Assembly: GCA_030606165.1 (NCBI GenBank)
Contig: JAUWGZ010000001.1
Span: 1 to 43,918 of the forward strand
Length of the DNA stretch: 43,918 bases
DNA from: Dehalococcoidia bacterium
Lineage (GTDB): Bacteria > Chloroflexota > Dehalococcoidia > GIF9 > AB-539-J10
Direction of reading: 5' to 3'
Positions 32,989 to 40,999 of this stretch are shown piece after piece. The position numbers were made by a program, and so were the translations under genes. The notes beneath the pieces were generated by a model. The model searched no databases, had not been told where the DNA came from, and saw nothing but the letters and a program-made list of their open reading frames with translations. Numbering within the stretch: the stretch's first letter is position 1; every line of letters starts with the position of its first letter.

Positions 32989-33450
32989 ATGGCACAAGAA
33001 TTTGATGACTCGTTCAAAGAAGTGGAGCAATCCGTTATGGAGGATATGGAAAGGGTCTACTCGGAAAAAACGATTGACCATTTTCTGAACCCCAGAAATC
33101 TGGGTGAAATTTCTGCCCCCGATGGATTTGGCAGGGTCACTGGTCCTTGTGGGGATACCATGGAAATATATCTCAGGGTAAATAGTGACAAGATTGTCAA
33201 TACTACCTTCTGGACCGATGGCTGTGGTACTAGCATTGCCTCGGGCAGTATGGTTACCGAGATGGCTAAGGGAAGGAACGTCAGCGAAGCTCAGAGGATT
33301 AGCCAGCATGATGTCTTAGCTGCTCTAGGTGGGCTGCCTGAGGAAAGCGAGCATTGTGCTCTTTTGGCGGCAAATACGCTGAAGGAAGCGATTAGAGACT
33401 ACCTAGGTATAAAAAGAGAGCCTTGGAAAAGAGCTTACCGCAGATATTGA
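32989..33450 (+). CDS. IscU/NifU-N-terminal-type Fe-S cluster scaffold protein
   Basis: DHFLNPRNLG, GPCGDTM, TDGCGTSIASGS and EHCALLAANTLKEAI carry the three conserved scaffold cysteines. The start is uncertain: the ORF is open from 32908, with other in-frame ATGs at 32917 and 33037. Confidence 0.8.
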   Translation: MAQEFDDSFKEVEQSVMEDMERVYSEKTIDHFLNPRNLGEISAPDGFGRVTGPCGDTMEIYLRVNSDKIVNTTFWTDGCGTSIASGSMVTEMAKGRNVSEAQRISQHDVLAALGGLPEESEHCALLAANTLKEAIRDYLGIKREPWKRAYRRY

Positions 33451-33464
33451 GGAGTGAATATAAA

Positions 33465-34106
33465 GTGCCTCCTGTAGTTTCTATTGTGGGTAAATCAAAA
33501 TCTGGTAAAACAACTGTCATTGAAAGGCTGGTTCAGGAACTGAAATCCAGAGGTTACCGGGTGGCTACAATCAAACATGCTCCCCTAGGCGCTAGCTTTG
33601 ATGAACCGGGTAAGGATAGCTGGTATCACATTGAGGCAGGAAGCGAGGCCACGGTAGTTAGCTCACCGGATAATCTCGTGCTGGTAAAGCCTGTTTCCCA
33701 GGATTCTCCCCTTGAAGAGATAGTACGTCTCTTAGGTGAGGATTACGATATCATCCTTACAGAAGGTTTCAAACAAGAGGGCACTCCAAAGATAGAGGCA
33801 CATCGCAGAGATACTGGCCCACCGTTGAAAGATATCAAAAAGCGTATAGCCATAGTCACCAATGAACCGTTGGAAACCAAGGCTAGGCAGTTTTCATTTG
33901 AAGATAATAAGAGCCTGGCTGACCTGTTGGAGAGAGGCTTCATCAAGCCACAGAAGGAGCGAATCTCTCTTTACGTAAATAATACTCCTATACCTTTGAC
34001 CAGTTTTCCCAAGCAGATTATCACGGATATGCTTGTGGCTATGGCCTCGTGCCTGAAGGGAGTAAAGGAAATCAGTAGTCTCCAGATTTTCCTGAGGAAG
34101 GAATAA
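33465..34106 (+). CDS. mobB: Molybdopterin-guanine dinucleotide biosynthesis adapter MobB-like GTPase with C-terminal extension
   Basis: [32 protein letters not shown] 33465 is preceded by GAGGAG. About 50 extra C-terminal residues compared with a typical MobB. Confidence 0.8.
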   Translation: MPPVVSIVGKSKSGKTTVIERLVQELKSRGYRVATIKHAPLGASFDEPGKDSWYHIEAGSEATVVSSPDNLVLVKPVSQDSPLEEIVRLLGEDYDIILTEGFKQEGTPKIEAHRRDTGPPLKDIKKRIAIVTNEPLETKARQFSFEDNKSLADLLERGFIKPQKERISLYVNNTPIPLTSFPKQIITDMLVAMASCLKGVKEISSLQIFLRKE

Positions 34107-34114
34107 GCACGGAA

Positions 34115-34528
34115 GTGAAGGACTATTATCAGATTCTTGGTGTAAGCACAGACGCCGGTTCTGAAGATACCAAGAAAGCCTTCCGCCGACTGGCTCTACG
34201 TTATCATCCTGACCGCAACCCTGGAAATACCAAAGAAGCTGAGGCCAGGTTCAAGGAGATAAATGAGGCTTATGAAGTGCTTGGCAATGAACAAAAGAGA
34301 CGCGAGTATGATTATTTGACTGGACATAGGCAAAGCCAGACTGAAAGGGTGAGAGTGAATACGGTTTTCAGGGGCAGCCTGGACGATTTTACTTATCACA
34401 GTCTTGAAGAGCTTTTAAGGATTCTGGCGGCATTGAATTTCGACGGTACTGAATTATTCATGGAGCAGCGTAAAGGTTGTCGTAAATTCCGTCGGGGGCA
34501 TCAATGTCGGCGTGGATATTGGCGTTGA
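34115..34528 (+). CDS. Stand-alone J-domain protein (137 aa) with basic Cys-containing tail
   Basis: DYYQILGV...[16 protein letters not shown]...[21 protein letters not shown] contains the HPD motif. No Gly/Phe or zinc-finger DnaJ regions are present. Confidence 0.85.
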   Translation: MKDYYQILGVSTDAGSEDTKKAFRRLALRYHPDRNPGNTKEAEARFKEINEAYEVLGNEQKRREYDYLTGHRQSQTERVRVNTVFRGSLDDFTYHSLEELLRILAALNFDGTELFMEQRKGCRKFRRGHQCRRGYWR

Positions 34529-34581
34529 ATCTTGTAGTGCATTTATGGACTTTAATTTAAGTCTAAAGGTTAGGTTCTGAG

Positions 34582-35382
34582 ATGGCAATTATTTATGGCC
34601 CTGTTGCTTCATGGCGCTTGGGCAGCTCGCTGGGTATAGACCTTCTAAATACGAGAAGGAAGGTCTGCTCCTTTAATTGCGTCTATTGCCAGTTGGGTGA
34701 GACCAGCCAATTTGTCGTCGAGCCAAAGGAATTCATCAGCCTGGAACAACTAACCAGTGAAATCGAGTTGCTCAGGCCGGTAGAGGCTGATTACGCCACT
34801 TTTTCTGGCATGGGTGAGCCTACACTGGCCAGTAATCTTGGCGAGGCGATTGAGCTTGCAAGGTCAATTTTGGATTTACCCATAGCTGTGCTCACCAATT
34901 CTTCGCTCATGTTCCGCCAAGATGTAAGGCAGCGGCTTGCCCGGGCCAACGTGGTAGTGGCTAAGCTAGATGTGCCCAATGCGAATTTGTTTGCCAAGGT
35001 TAATAAACCGGCTTCAGGCTTGCGTTTTGACCTCATAGTGGATGGCATGAAGCGGTTCAGAGACACATATCGGGGCAAATTAGCCCTGCAGGTAATGTTT
35101 ATTGCCGCTAACAAGGATTATGCCTCGGAGATGGCAGCGCTGGCTCGTCAGATTTCGCCTGACGAGGTGCAAATAAATACACCTTTACGCCCCTGTGCTG
35201 TGAGACCACTACCGCCTAAAAGCATAGCTGAGGTACAGAGAGAATTTACCAATTTCGAAAATGTTGTCACTGTATACGAGGCACGAAAGTACAAAGTTCT
35301 GCCGCTTGATTTGGCGGAGACATTGCGACGTCGCCCTGAACTTGATGACAGCGTTGGTTCTTTCAAGTTGCATGGAAGCTAA
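34582..35382 (+). CDS. Radical SAM protein (266 aa)
   Basis: CSFNCVYCQLG is a CxxxCxxC triad, preceded by YGPVASWRLGSSLGIDL and followed by GMGEPTL. Confidence 0.8.
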   Translation: MAIIYGPVASWRLGSSLGIDLLNTRRKVCSFNCVYCQLGETSQFVVEPKEFISLEQLTSEIELLRPVEADYATFSGMGEPTLASNLGEAIELARSILDLPIAVLTNSSLMFRQDVRQRLARANVVVAKLDVPNANLFAKVNKPASGLRFDLIVDGMKRFRDTYRGKLALQVMFIAANKDYASEMAALARQISPDEVQINTPLRPCAVRPLPPKSIAEVQREFTNFENVVTVYEARKYKVLPLDLAETLRRRPELDDSVGSFKLHGS

Positions 35383-36142
35383 GCCGAAAGGCGAACTGAC
35401 CTCAGAAAAGGAGGAAATCAAGCCTGGTGTTGAGGCAACAATTACTATCGTCTACGACAATAACAACTATGATAGTCGCCTCACGCTGGCCGGGGGCTTC
35501 TCCTGCGTGGTCAAACTCCCAGAGAAGACTATCCTTTTTGATACTGGAGGTGATGGCACAATACTGCTCAGCAACGTGGCGAAGGTAGATATCGACCCTG
35601 AGGAGATAGATACAGTGGTGTTATCACATATACATGGCGATCATACCGGAGGATTGGACAAGTTTCTGAAACAAAATAGTCAAGTGACGGTTTATATGCC
35701 GCTATCTTTCCCCCAATCAATGAAGCAAAATGTCAAGTCTTCTGGGGCAATCGTTGTAGAGGTGCATGAACCTCGACAGTTGACTGATGGTGTATTTACT
35801 ACCGGGGAGCTCGATGGCGGAGTGAGAGAGCAATCGCTGCTGGTAAGAACATCGAGAGGATTGGTGGTGATAACTGGCTGCGCTCATCCGGGAATAGTAA
35901 ACATGGTGAAAAAGGCAAAAGAAGTTACTGGGGATAAAGTATATCTGGTCATGGGTGGCTTTCACCTTCGTCGAGCGTTCCCATCTCAGCTTAGCTACGT
36001 AGCGGAAAACTTGCTGCACTTGGGGGTAGAAAGAGTGGCACCGTGCCATTGCAGTGGCGATGACGCTAGGAAGCTGTTCAAAGATTACTTCGGCGAGAAC
36101 TACATTGACTGCGGAGTAGGCAAAGAGATAGTAATAAGATAG
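35372..36142 (+). CDS. MBL-fold metallo-hydrolase (COG1237-like), copy 1
   Basis: HIHGDHTGG, then TGCAHPG and APCHCSGD. The start is ambiguous: ATG 35372 or ATG 35345, and the ORF is open from 35261, overlapping the upstream gene. Confidence 0.8.
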   Translation: MEAKPKGELTSEKEEIKPGVEATITIVYDNNNYDSRLTLAGGFSCVVKLPEKTILFDTGGDGTILLSNVAKVDIDPEEIDTVVLSHIHGDHTGGLDKFLKQNSQVTVYMPLSFPQSMKQNVKSSGAIVVEVHEPRQLTDGVFTTGELDGGVREQSLLVRTSRGLVVITGCAHPGIVNMVKKAKEVTGDKVYLVMGGFHLRRAFPSQLSYVAENLLHLGVERVAPCHCSGDDARKLFKDYFGENYIDCGVGKEIVIR

Positions 36143-36150
36143 GGGGAAGC

Positions 36151-36984
36151 ATGAATATCATCACTTTAATTGAGAACACTGCGGGCAGAACAGGCGTACT
36201 GGCTGAATGGGGACTAAGCATCCTTGTGGAGCTAGACGGCTTGACAGTTCTTCTTGATAGTGGGGAGAGTGGCTCAGTAGTCCACAACGCCTCCGAATTA
36301 AGTGTAGATCTCTGCACTATAGACAAGATTGTCCTGAGCCATAGTCACTGCGACCACACGGGAGGACTCCGTGAGCTGCTCATGGCGATGAGGAAGCGAG
36401 TAGAAATAATCGCCCACCCTGATATCTGGGATGCCAAGTATGTCAAACGCCCAGGAGAAGCAGAATATAGGTACATTGGTATACCATTCCAGAGGGAGGA
36501 ATTAGAGAGCCTTGGAGCTTCGTTTATACTCAGTTCTAAACCCGTATGGATAAGCGACTGCATCGTGACCACAGGCGAAATTCCTCTGCTCACTGATTAT
36601 GAAAAAGTAGACCCTAACCTCTATGTTAAAAAAGAGGACACTTTTCAGTCTGACCCTGTTAGAGATGATATGGCGTTGGTGATTAAGACTGGCCATGGCT
36701 TAGCAATAGTTACTGGCTGTGCTCACCGGGGCATCGTTAACACTTTGCGCCACGCCCGGAAACTAACCGGGGTGGAAGTTATTGATACCGTGGTTGGTGG
36801 CACACACTTGATCCGTGCCACGGAGGAACAAACTGAGTCAACCATTGCTGAGCTGAAGAAATTTGGTATCAAAAGGCTGGGAGCCTGCCACTGTACTGGC
36901 TTTCCTGCCACAATAAGGCTAGCTCAGGAATTTAGCGAGGTCTTTTTCCCTAACAATGCCGGCACCCGCCTTGAAATAAGCTAG
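36151..36984 (+). CDS. MBL-fold metallo-hydrolase (COG1237-like), copy 2
   Basis: HSHCDHTGG, TGCAHRG and GACHCTG. It is a tandem paralog of the preceding gene. Confidence 0.85.
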   Translation: MNIITLIENTAGRTGVLAEWGLSILVELDGLTVLLDSGESGSVVHNASELSVDLCTIDKIVLSHSHCDHTGGLRELLMAMRKRVEIIAHPDIWDAKYVKRPGEAEYRYIGIPFQREELESLGASFILSSKPVWISDCIVTTGEIPLLTDYEKVDPNLYVKKEDTFQSDPVRDDMALVIKTGHGLAIVTGCAHRGIVNTLRHARKLTGVEVIDTVVGGTHLIRATEEQTESTIAELKKFGIKRLGACHCTGFPATIRLAQEFSEVFFPNNAGTRLEIS

Positions 36985-36999
36985 CCAAGTATTTCTATG

Positions 37000-38325
37000 T
37001 CAGCTAAGCTCGTCTATCAAACGGTGTATCGGAACCGCTACTTGATCCGCTTGAACGTGAGGTGAGTAGCAGCTATCAATCTGAACCAGTTTTTGGAGCG
37101 GCATTCTGTTGGCTATAGCAACGGCAAGTTTGTCAATTGTTCCGGATACTATCTCTTCGGAGATCAGCTGAGCTCCTATCAACGTCTGGGTTTTATGCTC
37201 AGCGATAAGCTTATACCAGGCAGGCTTGCCACCTCTTGGCTCTCTCAGATAAGGGGTGTTAACCATGGTAGACGTTGTTTCTATCCCTTTCTCCCGAGCC
37301 TCTCTCTCAGTAAAACCCACTGCACCCACCTGGTAGTCAAATATCTTGGTGATGAAGGGCATGACCGTGCCTCCGTAGGAAATTTTATTGCCCAAAACTG
37401 CGTTCCTTCCTGCTATATATCCAGTTCGAACCGCATTGGTAGCTAATTGATGACGCCGTTTGGAGCCTATGATCATGTCCCAATTCTCCATACAATCCCC
37501 AGCGGCATAAATAGCAGGATCGCTTGTTTGGAGCTGTTGGTTTACAACTATACCTCCTGTCTCTCCTATCTCGAGCCCCACCTTTTGAGCTAACTTTACA
37601 TTGGGTTCTGCCCCGGTGCCAAAGAAGATAAAATCTATCTCTAGCTCTCGGCCAGAAAGGATCACACACTTCTTCCCGTTTTTGCTGCTTATTCTCTCAA
37701 TCCTAGCAGGCAAAATTAACTCTACACCCCTTTCCACGAGAATTTGCTTTAACTTCTCGGCTATATCTTCGTCCAAATGGGCACGCATGATATCCCGCCT
37801 GACCAGCAAGTAAACCTTCCTATATCCCCTTGCTTTTAGAGCCGCAGCTATCTCAAGTGCAATAAACCCTCCCCCGATGATAGCCGCGCTAGTATACCTT
37901 AGGGTGGCATCCCCTAAGGTTCTGCCGTCCGCTATATCTGTGCTTAGGGAAAACTCGTTTCTGCCATTCAATCCAGAAAAGGAAGGAAGAGACGGGATAG
38001 CACCCAAGGCTAGGATTAATTTGTCATAGTCATATCTTTGACCTTTGGCGACGATGTACTTTTCCTGCCTGAGAATATCAGTAACCTCGGTGCCCAAGTA
38101 GATATTTATATTCCTCTTCTCATAAAACGATTTAGCGCGAAGGCCGCGAGACAACTCTTCCCAACTGCCGACAGTCCCACTGAGCACTAACGGTATTTCA
38201 CAGGGTGGGCATCCGAGCTCCGCCCTTTTACTGAATATATTGATCTCTGCCTCCCTGTCCAAACGGCGAATCTGCAGTGCTGCTATTGCTCCGGCATCTC
38301 CGGCACCGATAATACAGACTTTCAT
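37000..38325 (-). CDS. FAD-dependent pyridine nucleotide-disulfide oxidoreductase (NADH oxidase / CoA-disulfide reductase family)
   Basis: KVCIIGAGDAG and IIGGGFIALE dinucleotide folds, AAGDC, and an N-terminal redox Cys region GCPPCEIP. 441 aa. RBS AGGAGGAAC. Confidence 0.88.
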   Translation of the reverse strand: MKVCIIGAGDAGAIAALQIRRLDREAEINIFSKRAELGCPPCEIPLVLSGTVGSWEELSRGLRAKSFYEKRNINIYLGTEVTDILRQEKYIVAKGQRYDYDKLILALGAIPSLPSFSGLNGRNEFSLSTDIADGRTLGDATLRYTSAAIIGGGFIALEIAAALKARGYRKVYLLVRRDIMRAHLDEDIAEKLKQILVERGVELILPARIERISSKNGKKCVILSGRELEIDFIFFGTGAEPNVKLAQKVGLEIGETGGIVVNQQLQTSDPAIYAAGDCMENWDMIIGSKRRHQLATNAVRTGYIAGRNAVLGNKISYGGTVMPFITKIFDYQVGAVGFTEREAREKGIETTSTMVNTPYLREPRGGKPAWYKLIAEHKTQTLIGAQLISEEIVSGTIDKLAVAIANRMPLQKLVQIDSCYSPHVQADQVAVPIHRLIDELS

Positions 38326-38500
38326 AGTTCCTCCTCTATTTTGTTTCTTCTAATCGACTTCTCGTCTGCCTCCGTGTAATTCAATCAATAGTTGAGATAG
38401 CCTTCTCATTAATTCTTTCATCTCTCAGGCTGCCCGCGGTAGGATGAACCTTGATAAGCCCATCCTCTATTTAATCCTCTTCCTCGGCATAGACCTCTCC

Positions 38501-38641
38501 CTACACCCATTTCTCTACCCATCTCTCTGTTTTTTCGTTGCCACAATTGGGGCACTTCACCTGTTCATCCATCTCTGAGAAACGACGAAAAACTTCGAAC
38601 ACCTTTCCACATTCTCTGCATTTATAATCATAGGCAGGCAT
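38501..38641 (-). CDS. FmdB-family zinc-ribbon protein, copy 3 (46 aa), absent from the ORF track
   Basis: My translation is MPAYDYKCRECGKVFEVFRRFSEMDEQVKCPNCGNEKTERWVEKWV*. RBS GGAGAAAC. It overlaps the end of the upstream methyltransferase gene by 14 nt. Confidence 0.75.
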   Translation of the reverse strand: MPAYDYKCRECGKVFEVFRRFSEMDEQVKCPNCGNEKTERWVEKWV

Positions 38642-39350
38642 AGTTTCTCCTTTTATTCAGGTTGTGAGCATAAACATAGTCGCACTTTTCAAAATTATTC
38701 CCCACCTCTAGATCATCCAAAGAAACGCTTTGCACCTGAAATTCCAATCCTTGAAGATATTGGACAAGTTCCTGAACCGATTGACCTAGTTGTTTCAAGA
38801 AATCGTGGTGGATCTCACAAAATATCTTGACTTTATTTTTTCGCAAGGTTTCCTTAGCTCCCTTAAGGACCAATAGCTCGCTCCCTTCACAGTCCATATT
38901 AATCAAATCTATTCTTTCTATCTTCTCCCCAATTAAGAATCTGTCTATAGTAGTAGTGGACACTTCAAACCTTTTGGCTCCTTCTTCAAAAACGATCCCA
39001 CTGGAGAGCCCCTTTTGGTAAAAAGGGGCTCTCCCCACCTGATCAGTCACTGCTAGTTCATAAGCCTCAACATTTTCTAGTCTGTTAGAGGATATATTCT
39101 TGTTCAGGGTGTCGAAATACTGAGGAAGCGGCTCAAAGGAGTAAAGCTTGCCTCTCCTTCCTATTTTCTTTGCTACGGCCACAGTAGTGATACCTATATT
39201 GGCGCCAATATTGATGACGTTCATCCCTTCTTCGACGATTGACCCCAAGAATTTTATCTCTCCTCGTTCATGAGGATTATCTTTTAGAAAATTCTTGAGG
39301 CCAGGTGAATCATAAAGAAAAAGCTCTATTTCCATTCCTAAATACCTCAA
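38628..39350 (-). CDS. FkbM-family methyltransferase
   Basis: NVINIGANIGITTVAVAKKIG..GKLYSFEP and INMDCEGSELLVLKG are typical of the FkbM family. Confidence 0.8.
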   Translation of the reverse strand: MRYLGMEIELFLYDSPGLKNFLKDNPHERGEIKFLGSIVEEGMNVINIGANIGITTVAVAKKIGRRGKLYSFEPLPQYFDTLNKNISSNRLENVEAYELAVTDQVGRAPFYQKGLSSGIVFEEGAKRFEVSTTTIDRFLIGEKIERIDLINMDCEGSELLVLKGAKETLRKNKVKIFCEIHHDFLKQLGQSVQELVQYLQGLEFQVQSVSLDDLEVGNNFEKCDYVYAHNLNKRRNYACL

Positions 39351-39709
39351 GTCCGCTTGTTGCTTCTTACAACAGAAACACCTCCCGGCGTTAGATCAAC
39401 CTTGTTACCTTCTATTTCTATGAAATATGAACTCTTAAGGAAGTTAAGGTGGAATCTTAGTGCAGGTCCTGTTATTCCTACTCTTTCAGAAATTTCATTT
39501 ATTGCCAAAGCTCTTTCCTTTAAAACATTTAGAATGCGTCTACGAACGGGATTTTTTATGGCTTCGAGAGAACATGCACCTCCCGCAGAGCCTTTCTCTT
39601 CCACTAACTTGCTAACTAATTCTTGCATCCACCTCATTGCTTCCTCATCAGTCATTTCTCTAGGGTCTCGTCGAGTAGAATCCATTTCAACCTCCCGCTC
39701 AATAAGCAT
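39347..39709 (-). CDS. ArsR-type winged-helix transcriptional regulator
   Basis: IKNPVRRRILNVLKERALAINEISERVGITGPALRFHLNFLKSSYFI. It overlaps the downstream gene by 4 nt. Confidence 0.7.
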   Translation of the reverse strand: MLIEREVEMDSTRRDPREMTDEEAMRWMQELVSKLVEEKGSAGGACSLEAIKNPVRRRILNVLKERALAINEISERVGITGPALRFHLNFLKSSYFIEIEGNKVDLTPGGVSVVRSNKRT

Positions 39710-39726
39710 TGTCTAGACACATCGTT

Positions 39727-40491
39727 CTATCCATTTCTTTTTGTTGCTTTGACTTCTGCCTTCTTTTTAGATTCCAGCATATCGGCAATTTCCTTGATAC
39801 CCTCAACATCCATGTTAAATTCGTTGCCAGCTAAAGCAGAGATAAATATCTCTTTATTTTCCGGAATAATAGCTATCACCTTCTCTCTGTCTATTGAATT
39901 CAAGAGGAACTCTTTCGTTTCTTGGTCAGCAATCCGATTCAATATGTAATAGACAGGCTTATCAACTTGCCGGCCTAGTTCAGATATCTTCTTCGCTAGA
40001 AGGATCGATTCCTGAGAAGGATCGATAATAACAAAGAGTATATCCACGCCTGTCTCTATCCCTCTTCCGAAGTGCTCTATTCCAGCGTCGGTATCTGCAA
40101 TCAAGAATTCTTCGTCCCCTAAATCGACGATTTCCAAAAACTTTGAGGAAAGAGCATTGATTGGACAGGCGCATCCTTCACCGAATTCGTATATTTTGCC
40201 CATTGATAAGAGTTGAATATTTCCTTTTCTGGTTAAATAATCTCCGGGCAAGTCACCTAATCTCCATTTATTTTTCATCTCCTTAGTTTTTTCAAATAGA
40301 AGTTTTTTGCCCCCAAAGTAGTTCATAAAATCTTCAGGTTTTTCCATTCCTAAACGGCTATGAAGACCAATGTTCGACTCATCGCTGTCAATCACCAATA
40401 TCTTGTTTTTTCTTAGCGCCATCTCTTTGGCTAAAAGGGCCACAACCGTGCTTTTTCCACAGCCCCCTTTACCACAGACTAATATTTTCAT
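39727..40491 (-). CDS. CooC-type (MinD/ParA class) metallocentre-maturation ATPase
   Basis: Deviant Walker A CGKGGCGKST. CxC metal-binding motif GEGCACPINA. Walker B ADTDAGIEHF. RBS GGAGGAAAG. Confidence 0.8.
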   Translation of the reverse strand: MKILVCGKGGCGKSTVVALLAKEMALRKNKILVIDSDESNIGLHSRLGMEKPEDFMNYFGGKKLLFEKTKEMKNKWRLGDLPGDYLTRKGNIQLLSMGKIYEFGEGCACPINALSSKFLEIVDLGDEEFLIADTDAGIEHFGRGIETGVDILFVIIDPSQESILLAKKISELGRQVDKPVYYILNRIADQETKEFLLNSIDREKVIAIIPENKEIFISALAGNEFNMDVEGIKEIADMLESKKKAEVKATKRNG

Positions 40492-40566
40492 TCACTTTCC
40501 TCCGTTCATCAATGTCCTTCCTCGAACCTCCGGCAGTTAGAAAATCTGCTGCACGTTCCTCTCTTT

Positions 40567-40956
40567 TCATCTTCCACGCCGACCTCCGCCAAAACCCCGG
40601 CCCATGCCACGACTGGGACCCATACCTCGGCCTCCACCCATGCGCCGACCTCTACCTAGACCTTGGCCCATACCTCTTCCCATGCCTCTGCCTCCGCTTA
40701 ATCCAGGCTGGTGAAGTCCAGGGCTGGGGCCAAATTGCGGAATCGCTTCTTCAGGGACTCTGGCTCCCATAATTTCACACACTTTGGCAGCCACCTCCGG
40801 TCCGCCACTAACACATCCATAACATGGTGCCTTTCCTTCAGCTACTGCCCGGGCAAACTCTCCACAGGTCTTATATCCACATCGCTGATCATCCAATTTA
40901 GGCAAGACCTCATAGATTTTCCTTATCTTTTCTTTGATATCCTTTTTATCTAGCAC
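40567..40956 (-). CDS. Putative Fe-S domain (PF04060, RnfB/CdhE-N-terminal type) fused to a Gly/Arg/Met-rich tail
   Basis: RCGYKTCGEFARAVAEGKAPCYGCVSGG, followed by GGRGMGRGMGQGLGRGRRMGGGRGMGPSRGMGRGFGGGRRGR. GTG start with RBS AAAGGAG. Confidence 0.75.
   Translation of the reverse strand: MLDKKDIKEKIRKIYEVLPKLDDQRCGYKTCGEFARAVAEGKAPCYGCVSGGPEVAAKVCEIMGARVPEEAIPQFGPSPGLHQPGLSGGRGMGRGMGQGLGRGRRMGGGRGMGPSRGMGRGFGGGRRGR
40570..40704 (-). repeat. Low-complexity coding repeats (RGMG-type) in the tail of the Fe-S domain protein
   Basis: Same repeat class as 27964-28043, read from the translation and the nucleotide pattern. Confidence 0.7.
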
Positions 40957-40999
40957 TGTCTGGCTCCTTTCGATTGTTAAGGTTTAAAACCCCACTAAT

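Noticed and set aside
35306-35371. A possible lipoprotein signal peptide (LIWRRHCDVALNLMTALVLSSC, lipobox LSSC) if the first MBL gene started at TTG 35306.
   Set aside because: It would require a 77-nt overlap with the upstream radical SAM gene, no RBS precedes the TTG, and the tandem paralog has no signal peptide. It remains possible but is not supported.
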